A DNA stretch of 32,000 bases from Candidatus Nanobsidianus stetteri (lineage in GTDB: Archaea > Nanobdellota > Nanobdellia > Nanobdellales > Nanobdellaceae): positions 30,001-62,000 of the forward strand of contig APJZ01000002.1 of the NCBI GenBank assembly GCA_000387965.1. Reading direction: 5' to 3'. The notes below the pieces were generated by a model, which searched no databases, was not told the DNA's origin, and was given only the letters and a program-made list of their open reading frames with translations. Of this stretch, positions 1 through 8,032 are shown in pieces (positions within the stretch are counted from its first letter, which is position 1; each line of letters begins with the position of its first letter). The translations under genes were made by a program, and so were the position numbers.

Positions 1-789
1 GTAAAAATAGCAAGAATTGATATTGATAAGTTAGAAAATTATGGATTAAAAGAAGTTGATGGAATAAAATTGGATAGAGAATTAGGATTCTTATTAGGAT
101 GGTTGGTTGGTAATGGATATGTTGGAGAAAAAGTATTCTTTTACTTTAATGCTAAAACTGAGAGAGAAGTTTCTGAATATGTAAAAGAATTACTTGAAAA
201 GAAATTTGGAGTAAATGTTAGTAAGTACGAAAGAAATAATGAGATATGGATTTATGTAAGTAAGGAAGAAGTTGTTGAAATTTTCAAAAAACTAATGAGA
301 AAGAAAACTAGTTTGCCAGAAATTGTTTTCCTAGCAAATTCAGAATTTGTTAAAGGATTCTTGAATGGTTTGTTCTCAGCAGATGGGTATATTGATAAAG
401 ATGGAGCAATAAGATTAACATCATCTAATAAAGATTTATTGAAAGAAGTACAAATTTTACTAACTTTATATGGTATATTTTCAAAGATTTATGAAAGACC
501 ATATAAGAGAAAGTTTGAATATATTACTGTAAATGGTGAAAAGAGAGAATATGAAACAAAAGGATATTATGAACTTATAATCAAAAATTATAGTAGGAAA
601 ATTTTCGAAGAAAAGATAAAATTAGTAAATTATAAAAATGAAAAACTACTTGAAAGACTAAATAAAACTAAAATAGATGATAATTATGTTAAAATTGTGA
701 GAGTAGAATATGTTGGTGAAAAAATGGTTTATGATTTTAGTGTTCCAGGATTTAATAGATATATTTCTAATGGAATAATAAGTCACAAT
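1..789 (+). mobile_element. Intein (C-terminal ~263 aa visible) with a LAGLIDADG homing-endonuclease domain, inserted directly before the catalytic Cys of the RNR
   Basis: Two LAGLIDADG-type blocks are present: LGFLLGWLVGNGY and KGFLNGLFSADGY. The C-terminal splice junction is VYDFSV..NGIISHN followed by Cys+1 (tgt at 790-792) of CGEQPL. The first block has Asn where the catalytic Asp/Glu is expected. Confidence 0.85.
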
Positions 790-2067
790 TGTGGAGAACA
801 GCCTCTATATCCATATGAATCTTGTAATTTAGGATCAATTAATCTATATGCTCTGGTTGAATTTAAAGATGGAAAGGCAGAATTTAATTGGAATAAATAT
901 ATTGAAACAATAAAATGGGCGTATAGATTTTTAGATAATGTAATAGATGTAAATAAATATCCAATAAAGGAAATTGAAGAAGCTTCAAAATCTGTAAGAA
1001 GAGTTGGTCTTGGATTTATGGGATTAGCAGATTTATTCTATGCATTGGAAATTCCATATACATCGGAAGAGGCATATAAGTTATTGATGAAAATATCAGA
1101 ATATTTAACATATTATTCAATGTTAGAATCTGTTGAAAGAGCAAAAACAAGGGGTAAATTTGATAGATATGAACAAACAACATATAAAGATGGAGAATTG
1201 CCTGTAGAAGGATATTATCATAGAGAATTATGGACATTAGATTGGGAATATTTGAAAGAACAAATAATAAAGTATGGAATAAGAAATGTTGAAGTTACAT
1301 CAATTGCTCCTACGGGTTCTATATCAATGTTAGCAGATACTTCTTCAGGTATTGAACCACAATATTCTTTAGTATATGAAAAAAGAGTAACTGCTGGTGT
1401 ATATTATTATGTAGATCAAGAATTGGAAAGACAATTAAGGGAAAGAGGATTATATAATAATGATATATTAAAGAAAATATCTGATAATGGAGGAAGTTTA
1501 TTAGGAATAAAAGAGATACCAGACGATTTGAAAGCAATATTCTTAACAGCATTAGATATACCATGGTGGGATCATATAAGAGCACAGGCAGTTGCCCAAA
1601 TATGGATAACTACATCAATATCAAAAACAATTAATATGCCAAATTGGGTTCAACCTGATGATGTATATTATTCATATCTATTAGCATATAAGATGGGATG
1701 TAAAGGAATTACAATATATAGAGATGGATCAAAGTCTTCGCAAGTATATGTAGCCCCTGCTGAATCAAGTAAAGCAAGATTTGCAGATTACTTTAGATTA
1801 ATTAAAGAAGGTAAAATAAATAATAGAACGATTGAAATATTAAATCAATATGGAATAAAGTTGCCAAACTGGTATTATGAATTAAATAACAATGTTGAAT
1901 TACCAAAAGTGAAATTGAATGTAAACATTAATAATACAATAAAAGTTGAAGAAAATGGAAATAATAAAGTTGAAAAATGTCCTGTATGTGGATCTACAAG
2001 ATTAAAACATGAAGCTGGTTGTGTTACATGTATTGATTGTGGATGGTCTGAATGTATAATTGCTTAA
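1..2067 (+). CDS. nrdJ: Class II (adenosylcobalamin-type) ribonucleotide reductase, 3' portion. The frame is open from base 1, so the 5' end lies outside the window. It is interrupted by an intein (1-789); the C-extein is 790-2067.
   Basis: Frame 1 has no stop from nt 1. After the intein end the sequence reads SHN|CGEQPLYPYESCNLGSINL, the RNR active-site loop. Further on come APTGSISMLADTSSGIEP, TSISKTINMP and KGITIYRDGS, then a C-terminal Zn ribbon CPVCGS..CVTCIDCGWSEC. Confidence 0.9.
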   Translation, partial: VKIARIDIDKLENYGLKEVDGIKLDRELGFLLGWLVGNGYVGEKVFFYFNAKTEREVSEYVKELLEKKFGVNVSKYERNNEIWIYVSKEEVVEIFKKLMRKKTSLPEIVFLANSEFVKGFLNGLFSADGYIDKDGAIRLTSSNKDLLKEVQILLTLYGIFSKIYERPYKRKFEYITVNGEKREYETKGYYELIIKNYSRKIFEEKIKLVNYKNEKLLERLNKTKIDDNYVKIVRVEYVGEKMVYDFSVPGFNRYISNGIISHNCGEQPLYPYESCNLGSINLYALVEFKDGKAEFNWNKYIETIKWAYRFLDNVIDVNKYPIKEIEEASKSVRRVGLGFMGLADLFYALEIPYTSEEAYKLLMKISEYLTYYSMLESVERAKTRGKFDRYEQTTYKDGELPVEGYYHRELWTLDWEYLKEQIIKYGIRNVEVTSIAPTGSISMLADTSSGIEPQYSLVYEKRVTAGVYYYVDQELERQLRERGLYNNDILKKISDNGGSLLGIKEIPDDLKAIFLTALDIPWWDHIRAQAVAQIWITTSISKTINMPNWVQPDDVYYSYLLAYKMGCKGITIYRDGSKSSQVYVAPAESSKARFADYFRLIKEGKINNRTIEILNQYGIKLPNWYYELNNNVELPKVKLNVNINNTIKVEENGNNKVEKCPVCGSTRLKHEAGCVTCIDCGWSECIIA

Positions 2068-2089
2068 TTTTTTATAATTTTTTAAAAAG

Positions 2090-2161
2090 TGGACCCGCCG
2101 GGATTTGAACCCGGGATCTCCGGCTTGCAAGGCCGGCATCCTACGACTAGACTACGGGCCC
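2090..2161 (-). tRNA. tRNA-Ala (anticodon UGC)
   Basis: The reverse complement GGGCCCGUAGUCUAGUCGUAGGAUGCCGGCCUUGCAAGCCGGAGAUCCCGGGUUCAAAUCCCGGCGGGUCCA folds as a cloverleaf. The anticodon arm is CCGGC-CUUGCAA-GCCGG and the acceptor stem has a G3:U70 pair. CCA is not encoded. Confidence 0.93.
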
Positions 2162-2261
2162 AATTATTAAATTTCTTAATATTTATTTTTATATAAATTT
2201 GTTTTGGAATAAAGATTGAATAATATTTCATAATTTTACTTAAAATTGAAGAAAGCAATTA

Positions 2262-2345
2262 TGCGGCGGAGGGGATTTGAACCCCTGACGGATCTACTCC
2301 ACTGGGTCTTGAGCCCAGCCCCTTTGTCCGCTCGGGCACCGCCGC
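2262..2345 (-). tRNA. tRNA-Leu (anticodon CAA), class II with a long variable arm
   Basis: The reverse complement is GCGGCGGUGCCCGAGCGGACAAAGGGGCUGGGCUCAAGACCCAGUGGAGUAGAUCCGUCAGGGGUUCAAAUCCCCUCCGCCGCA. The anticodon arm is CUGGG-CUCAAGA-CCCAG, there is a 15-nt variable arm, and the discriminator is A73. Confidence 0.9.
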
Positions 2346-2384
2346 TTAATAATTATATTTAGAAACTTTAATAATTTAAATAAT

Positions 2385-3329
2385 ATGGATAAGGGGGTAT
2401 TTATTATATTAGATGGATTGGGTGATAATTTAATTAAAGAGTTAAGATATAAAACACCTTTGGAAGATGCTAAAAAACCAAATATTGATAAATTAGTAAG
2501 ATATTCAGAATGTGGATTATTATATATAAAAGAAAGAGGACATATTCCAAAATGTATTGAATCAAATTTATCTTTATTAGGTTATGATTTTAAATATGAT
2601 GAATTAATATTTAAAGCATTGGTATATAAAGAATTAAAAGAAAATCAGTTTTTAATTGAAATAGAATCAAAAGAGGATCCAAAAATAGAAGATATATATG
2701 ATATAATAAAATATAAAGATAATAATTATATTCTGATTTTTGATAATTATGATAAGAAAATAATTAAAAAATTAAAGAAATATAAGATAAAAAACAAAAC
2801 AATATATAAAGATTTAAATAAAAAAGATTTATTTGAAAATAAATATAAAGTAAAGGCATTATATTTATCTTCAAGTCTCATTCATTTATCAATTGCAAAA
2901 TATTTGAAAATTGATTATGAAAAACCTTTAGGAACTACTGGGAAAAGTAATGAGAATTTATTTTCATTTTCAGAATACGCAATAGCAAACAGAAATAAAT
3001 ATGATATAATATTTATTCATATAAGGGCTCCAGATATTTTATCTCACTTAAAAAATCCGTTTAAAAAGAAAAAAATAATTGAAGAAATTGATGAATATTT
3101 AATAAAAAGAATAAAGGAATATTTTGATGTAATATTAATTACTGGAGATCATTCCACATCATCAATCAAAGGAAGGCATATTTCAGATCCTGTACCAGTT
3201 ATGATATATTCAAAATATTCAAGATATGGTTTTGTAAAAAATTTCTCCGAAAGAAAATGTATAAAAGGGACTTTGGGAATATTGAATTCAAAAGATATTA
3301 TAAAAATATTTATTGATAAATTAAAATAA
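2385..3329 (+). CDS. Alkaline-phosphatase-superfamily metalloenzyme related to archaeal cofactor-independent phosphoglycerate mutase (ApgM); short and divergent
   Basis: The motif order matches ApgM: N-terminal FIILDGLGDN, then LSLLGYD, HIRAPDILSH (the D..GH site), ITGDHSTSS and HISDPVPVMIY. It is only 314 aa against ~400 aa for typical ApgM. The GSDxAH block is replaced by KCIESNL. Confidence 0.55.
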   Translation: MDKGVFIILDGLGDNLIKELRYKTPLEDAKKPNIDKLVRYSECGLLYIKERGHIPKCIESNLSLLGYDFKYDELIFKALVYKELKENQFLIEIESKEDPKIEDIYDIIKYKDNNYILIFDNYDKKIIKKLKKYKIKNKTIYKDLNKKDLFENKYKVKALYLSSSLIHLSIAKYLKIDYEKPLGTTGKSNENLFSFSEYAIANRNKYDIIFIHIRAPDILSHLKNPFKKKKIIEEIDEYLIKRIKEYFDVILITGDHSTSSIKGRHISDPVPVMIYSKYSRYGFVKNFSERKCIKGTLGILNSKDIIKIFIDKLK

Positions 3330-4007
3330 TTATTGCCCCTGTTTTGCTAATTTTTCTAATAAAGATGGATCTATTTTTTCTAATTCTTCAGGTTTTATTT
3401 CTGATATATCTTTTATATTTATTCTATCAGGTAATTTATCTGTTGGCTTTAATATTCTAACTTGAATTCCAATTACTCCAGAGGGTAATTTTGCATGTCT
3501 TATGCTTTTTCCAATTATTTTATTTAATTCTCCAGATTTTTTAATGTATCCTTTCTGTTCTCTTATTGTAGATGATCTATCTCCAATTATTTTTCCAGTA
3601 ACTCTTACTTCAATACCTAAGGCACCAGCCTGCATTACTTGTTCCATAACTCTTTGCATAATTCTCCTTATTGCTCTATTTCCATATCTTTCTATTTGAG
3701 ATGCAATTAAATCTGCAACAATTTCAGAATCTAATAATGGATTTTCTACCCCAACAACTTCTATACTTGGATCCTTAACATTTGCAATATTTTCTACAAT
3801 TTTCTTAATTTCATCTAAATTTTCATTTGCTCTTCCTAGAACTAATCTAGGTCTTGCACAATATATAATAACCTTTGTACCCATTGAAATTTTGAAATAT
3901 TCAACTTTACTAATTAATTTACCTTTAAATTTATTTTTTAATGTCTTATCTAAAATAGCTTGTATTTTTTGTTCCTTTAAAAGTTCCTCTAAATTTTTTG
4001 ATGCCAT
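3330..4007 (-). CDS. rps3: 30S ribosomal protein uS3
   Basis: KH-domain N-terminus (GTKVIIYCARPRLVLGRANENL) and IASQIERYGNRAIRRIMQRVMEQVMQAGALGIEVRVTGKI. It overlaps the uL22 stop by 19 nt, keeping the canonical L22-S3 order. Confidence 0.93.
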   Translation of the reverse strand: MASKNLEELLKEQKIQAILDKTLKNKFKGKLISKVEYFKISMGTKVIIYCARPRLVLGRANENLDEIKKIVENIANVKDPSIEVVGVENPLLDSEIVADLIASQIERYGNRAIRRIMQRVMEQVMQAGALGIEVRVTGKIIGDRSSTIREQKGYIKKSGELNKIIGKSIRHAKLPSGVIGIQVRILKPTDKLPDRINIKDISEIKPEELEKIDPSLLEKLAKQGQ

Positions 4008-4564
4008 TCTTCTAATATTTGTTTAACAATTTGTTTTAAGCCTTTTCTTTTCAATTTTTTAGATGTATCTAATGATTCTAAATATAATCCATATATTTTA
4101 ATGTGTGATGTTTTCTTATGAACGGTTATTAATGCTCTTCTTATACCATTAGGACCTGTTTTTATTTTTACAACTCTCAATCTTCCAGGAAACTTATTTC
4201 CCTTAGAAACATTAACAGAAACAATTACAACTTTATTAGGATCTAAACCTATATTTTTTGCATTATTTTCTAAGGAATTTAATAATTTAATAAAATATTT
4301 TGAAACCTTAATTGGATATCTACCATATGGAACTTTTCCCATTACATTTTTATGGTGTGCTTGTTTTTTATGATATCTATAATATGGAACTGCAATCTTT
4401 TTTTCAATAACCATTTCTAAATATTTCTTTGCATATGGTATTGTTAAATATTTAATAAATCTCCCAACCATTTCAGAATCTTTTCTAGATACTGGTAAAT
4501 TAGTAGATGATACAGTAACAATTTTTTTATTCTCCTTTAATAATGATACTAGTTTTGAATCCAT
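3989..4564 (-). CDS. rpl22: 50S ribosomal protein uL22
   Basis: VSRKDSEMVGRFIKYLTIPYAKKYLEMVIEKKIAVPYYRYHKKQAHHK and the later GRLRVVKIKTGPNGIRRALITV are typical of archaeal L22/L17e. Confidence 0.9.
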   Translation of the reverse strand: MDSKLVSLLKENKKIVTVSSTNLPVSRKDSEMVGRFIKYLTIPYAKKYLEMVIEKKIAVPYYRYHKKQAHHKNVMGKVPYGRYPIKVSKYFIKLLNSLENNAKNIGLDPNKVVIVSVNVSKGNKFPGRLRVVKIKTGPNGIRRALITVHKKTSHIKIYGLYLESLDTSKKLKRKGLKQIVKQILEEWHQKI

Positions 4565-4606
4565 TTAGACATCTATATATAAAAATATTTATAAAACATA
4601 TAATAT

Positions 4607-5002
4607 ATGCTAGATAGGTTTTTTGAATTATTTGTAATTGTCTTAGTAATATTTTTTATTACCTTATTATTAATGGAAAAAGTTTCTTATATTTATAATA
4701 TTAATGAAAAATATCAAATTATATATAATCAATTTATGGATGGAAGAGTTTTAATTAAGAAAATTACGGAACAATATACTAATAATATTTGTAATTTAAC
4801 ATCAAATAATTTTGATCCAAGTATAATGAATAATTTGGCAAATTTTCCATATGAAATAATATATGAAAATTTAAGTAATATTAGTCAAGAATACATTTTT
4901 AGTAATGATAATATAACAAACATGCAAAATAATTATATAGAATTTAATAGGGTTTGTTATTATGATGGCTCATTATTTTTAGTTAGAGTATTGGTTCAAT
5001 GA
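4607..5002 (+). CDS. Small protein with an N-terminal hydrophobic helix, Asn/Tyr-rich with N-glycosylation sequons (pilin-like candidate 1)
   Basis: MLDRFFELFVIVLVIFFITLLLM, followed by a polar N/Y/I-rich body carrying the sequons NLT, NLS and NIT. Its stop overlaps the next start (ATGA at 4999-5002). Confidence 0.6.
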   Translation: MLDRFFELFVIVLVIFFITLLLMEKVSYIYNINEKYQIIYNQFMDGRVLIKKITEQYTNNICNLTSNNFDPSIMNNLANFPYEIIYENLSNISQEYIFSNDNITNMQNNYIEFNRVCYYDGSLFLVRVLVQ

Positions 5003-5343
5003 GATCTTTTAGTATATCAATATTTATTGAGTTAGTAGTTGTAATAATTGTTTTATATTTTATTTTAACTTCAACATATTATAGTAATTTTTATATTAGA
5101 GGATATAATAAAGAAGATCTATATGCATCATTAATATCAATAAATTATATGGATTTAAATAATACACAGCAATTAAACAATAGTTTATATCAAATTGTTA
5201 CAAATATTTTACCATATTATTATGTTGAAATAAATGGACAAGTTGCATTTAATAATATAAATTTAAATGAAGCTAAACAAGGAATTGAAACATTTTATAT
5301 TATTAATGGCTCAGTAGATTATGTAGATATATATTGGAAATGA
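4999..5343 (+). CDS. Small protein with a short charged N-terminus plus hydrophobic helix (pilin-like candidate 2)
   Basis: MRS-FSISIFIELVVVIIVLYFILTS, with sequons NNT, NNS and NGS. ATGA overlaps occur at both ends. The first nine nt (ATGAGATCT) are the same as in the next gene. Confidence 0.6.
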   Translation: MRSFSISIFIELVVVIIVLYFILTSTYYSNFYIRGYNKEDLYASLISINYMDLNNTQQLNNSLYQIVTNILPYYYVEINGQVAFNNINLNEAKQGIETFYIINGSVDYVDIYWK

Positions 5344-5618
5344 GATCTCAATTTATTCTATTATATTTAATTTTAATATTATTTATTACATTATACTTTA
5401 TTTCAAGTTTACAAAACAATTTCTATTATCAACCAAATATTGGTAAATATATTGCAGAAGATTTTTATGTTAAATTATTATTATATCCAAATTATTCTTT
5501 CATTATAAATCAAACATATTATAATATCTGTTTAGAAGAAAATATGATATGCTATGATAATGGAACAAATATAATAGTTATAACTCAAAATTCTGAATAT
5601 ATATTAAATAATCCATAG
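5340..5618 (+). CDS. Small protein with a short charged N-terminus plus hydrophobic helix (pilin-like candidate 3)
   Basis: MRS-QFILLYLILILFITLYFISS, with sequons NYS, NQT and NGT. I prefer the ATG at 5340 (ATGA overlap with the upstream stop) over the TTG at 5334 used by the ORF track. The last base of the stop codon TAG is the first base of tRNA-Glu. Confidence 0.55.
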   Translation: MRSQFILLYLILILFITLYFISSLQNNFYYQPNIGKYIAEDFYVKLLLYPNYSFIINQTYYNICLEENMICYDNGTNIIVITQNSEYILNNP

Positions 5619-5692
5619 CCCCCATCGTCTAGTCCGGTCCAGGATACGGGGTCCTCATCCCCGAGACCCGGGTTCAAATCCCGGTGGGGGCA
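5618..5692 (+). tRNA. tRNA-Glu (anticodon CUC)
   Basis: GCCCCCAUCGUCUAGUCCGGUCCAGGAUACGGGGUCCUCAUCCCCGAGACCCGGGUUCAAAUCCCGGUGGGGGCA. The acceptor stem is GCCCCCA/UGGGGGC and the T arm is CCGGG-UUCAAAU-CCCGG. The anticodon arm is CGGGG-UCCUCAU-CCCCG, which by my fold gives C at position 33. Confidence 0.8.
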
Positions 5693-6022
5693 AATTATAA
5701 TTATGTTTTTTAACTATTGATGGTCTTTTTAATAATTTTATAATAAAATAGAAGTTAAATAGATGATATAGATAAAAAATATGAATTAGTAAAATGAATC
5801 ATGAGTTATAAAAAGATTTTAGATTAAGATTCGAGAATAAATCTTTATATTGAAGCAATTTAAAATGTAAAGAATTAAAGTAGTTCAACTTTTGGAATAA
5901 TAAAAATTTGAAAAAAGATAATATAGTATTAAATTTTAGATGTTAGTAATTTTTCTTAAGAGTTTGAAAGAAAATTCTTATAAATCATAATATTTTATAA
6001 AAATTCTTTGAAATAAACTCTT

Positions 6023-6610
6023 ATGGAAAATTCTAATGAAAATATAAAATTTGGTATCTGTCCTGAATGTAAAGTAAGAGAAAAAGATTCTTCTGAAAAG
6101 AAACTTTATCAATGTCCTCATTGTAAAAATTGGTTTTGTGAAAAACATGTAGAACCCAAATTGGTAGTAACTTGGAATGAAATACAAGGAACTAAAGACC
6201 CTTTTTTAAAAGAAGAACTTTATGAAGAATGGAAGAAAGAAGGCCATCATCCTTGTTCTGTTTGGACAGTGCAATATTTTGAAAATCGTGAAATAAAGGA
6301 AAAAGAAGAAAGAGAAAGATTTTTGAGAGCTTTAGATAAAGAGAATATAGTTATTACTCCATATAATAGATCTTCAGAAGTTCATAAAGATGAAATATCT
6401 CCTAATGAGGATTCAAATAAGATAGAGAAAATAGAAAAAAGTAATCAATATTCTAAATCTTCAGAAGTTTCTAAAAGGAAAATATCTCCCAAAGATGTGG
6501 CAATTATATTAATGTTAATCTTATTAATTTATTTTATAGCTGTACGCAATATTATGATATCTATCTTTATTCTTCTTGTTTTAGCTCTTACAGCTGTAAT
6601 TTTTAAATAG
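6023..6610 (+). CDS. Membrane-anchored zinc-finger protein (AN1-like Cys/His cluster, acidic/basic linker, C-terminal TM helices)
   Basis: The N-terminus reads CPECKV(x12)YQCPHCKNWFCEKH...GHHPC. The middle is E/K-rich. The C-terminus is hydrophobic: VAIILMLILLIYFIAVRNIMISIFILLVLALTAVIF. Confidence 0.5.
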   Translation: MENSNENIKFGICPECKVREKDSSEKKLYQCPHCKNWFCEKHVEPKLVVTWNEIQGTKDPFLKEELYEEWKKEGHHPCSVWTVQYFENREIKEKEERERFLRALDKENIVITPYNRSSEVHKDEISPNEDSNKIEKIEKSNQYSKSSEVSKRKISPKDVAIILMLILLIYFIAVRNIMISIFILLVLALTAVIFK

Positions 6611-6816
6611 TTACTTGCCAAAAACTCTATTAGATAATCTATAAAATAGGCAAGTATCCTTAGGTTTTATATTTTAAGAAAATTTTGATAGTTTTTAATC
6701 ATTTATAATATTATAGAATGCAGATATTAAATTCATGTTCTAGACTTTTTATTAAATTTCATGTAATTTACTTATGGAACTTAATATTTTTATAAAATAT
6801 AAATTAAGAAAAAATT

Positions 6817-7020
6817 TTATTGTCCAGCCCAAACATATTTTCCACCCTGTTCCTTTATCATTCCTTTATTTACGTATCTTGTAATTAATGCTTTTACAAC
6901 TGCTGGCTTCTTTCCTAATTTATTTGCTATCTGTTGTGCTACTTTATCTACATCTTCTTTTGATACACCCTTTTTAAATGCAGATTCTATTTCTGTTCTT
7001 AATTGAGATGGTGTTGCCAT
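6817..7020 (-). CDS. Small (67 aa) basic helical protein, possibly winged-helix-like DNA/RNA binding; function unknown
   Basis: The composition is not low-complexity (MATPSQLRTEIESAFKKGVSKEDVDKVAQQIANKLGKKPAVVKALITRYVNKGMIKEQGGKYVWAGQ). GC content is higher than in the flanking spacers. I do not recognise a family. Confidence 0.45.
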   Translation of the reverse strand: MATPSQLRTEIESAFKKGVSKEDVDKVAQQIANKLGKKPAVVKALITRYVNKGMIKEQGGKYVWAGQ

Positions 7021-7072
7021 AAAGAATATATAGGTGAAATGATTATAAACTTTAAATAAAAAATTTTATAAA

Positions 7073-7543
7073 CTATTTATTTAAAACCTCTTTTTCATTT
7101 TTTAATATTCCTGAATCCTTAAGATAAATTAAAATAGCTCTTTTGCTCTTAAACTCATTGCTTTTAGCTCTTTTATATAAATCCCTATATAACTTTTTAT
7201 CAATTATGTTCTTCTCCTTTAATTCTCTTAATAGATTCCTTATTGCTCTTATTCTTTTAATCCAATTTTCTTTCTTGTCTAATCTAGCTTTCCTACCTCC
7301 TTTTCTAGATCCTGCTCCTCTTCTCCTTCCCTTTTTCTTTTGTTCTTTAATATAATTTGCCCATGTTCTAGATTGACCTTTAACTTGTTTTACTCTTATT
7401 ATTCCTTTATCAATTAAATCTAAAATGTCAGATCTACTTAAGGCTTTAGATACATCCTGTATTTTATTGGGATCTATCCATATCCTATCCTTTCCGACAC
7501 CAAGGATTTCAGATGCTAACCTTCTTTGTAATGATAGATCCAT
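7073..7543 (-). CDS. rpl19e: 50S ribosomal protein eL19
   Basis: MDLSLQRRLASEILGVGKDRIWIDPNKIQDVSKALSRSDILDLIDKGIIRVKQVKGQSR and KKKGRRRGAGSRKGGRKAR. Confidence 0.93.
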   Translation of the reverse strand: MDLSLQRRLASEILGVGKDRIWIDPNKIQDVSKALSRSDILDLIDKGIIRVKQVKGQSRTWANYIKEQKKKGRRRGAGSRKGGRKARLDKKENWIKRIRAIRNLLRELKEKNIIDKKLYRDLYKRAKSNEFKSKRAILIYLKDSGILKNEKEVLNK

Positions 7544-7989
7544 TATTTAATTATTACCTCGCCACCAATGTTTTTAACCTTTTCTATTGCTCCCTCTGAT
7601 GCTTCTCTTACATATATTTTCATTTTTTTACTGATTTTTCCAGCTCCCAATAATTTATCAACACCTATTTCATCCAGATCAATTATATAATATTCCCCAT
7701 CATTTTTTATTATTCCTTCTGATAGTAAATAATCGAAATATTCCTCTATATCTCCTAAATTAATTATGGATTTTTCAATATTATATTTAATACTCGTAAA
7801 TCCTTTCTTATCTTCAAATCTTTCTGGATATTCCTTAATTAATTTAATATATTTCTGTTTCTTAAACCTCCATCCAGAGAAACCTGAACCACCCTTATTA
7901 CCCTTACCTCTATTTCTATCATTATACCCTCTTCTAGCATATCTTTGTCCAAGGTATTTCCTATATTTTCTTTTCCTGTGAGCGACCAT
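7543..7989 (-). CDS. rpl15: 50S ribosomal protein uL15
   Basis: The N-terminus is Gly/Arg-rich (RNRGKGNKGGSGFSGWRFKK). The C-terminus reads LLGAGKISKKMKIYVREASEGAIEKVKNIGGEVI. Its first stop base overlaps the last base of the eL19 start codon. Confidence 0.88.
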   Translation of the reverse strand: MVAHRKRKYRKYLGQRYARRGYNDRNRGKGNKGGSGFSGWRFKKQKYIKLIKEYPERFEDKKGFTSIKYNIEKSIINLGDIEEYFDYLLSEGIIKNDGEYYIIDLDEIGVDKLLGAGKISKKMKIYVREASEGAIEKVKNIGGEVIIK

Positions 7990-8032
7990 AGATAACCAAA
8001 TATTTTATTAAACAATTTTTAAATTTAATATA

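Noticed and set aside
5334-5339. TTG start at 5334 (ORF track) for the third pilin-like gene, and TTG start at 11512 for uL30
   Set aside because: ATG codons a few nt downstream (5340, 11527) give the ATGA or near-abutting coupling seen at other junctions in this window and better N-termini (MRS..., MGLLAIVRIKG...).
5693-6022. Unusually long (330 bp) AT-rich spacer after tRNA-Glu, checked for micro-ORFs, repeats and C/D-box sRNAs
   Set aside because: All frames are broken within ~15 codons. There is no UGAUGA...CUGA pairing and no direct repeats. It is left unannotated.
6611-6660. Inverted repeat TACTTGCC...GGCAAGTA after the Zn-finger gene, considered as a terminator or ncRNA
   Set aside because: It has only 8 bp with a ~30-nt AT-rich loop. 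That is weak and expected by chance, and no other structure or conservation can be judged from a single sequence.
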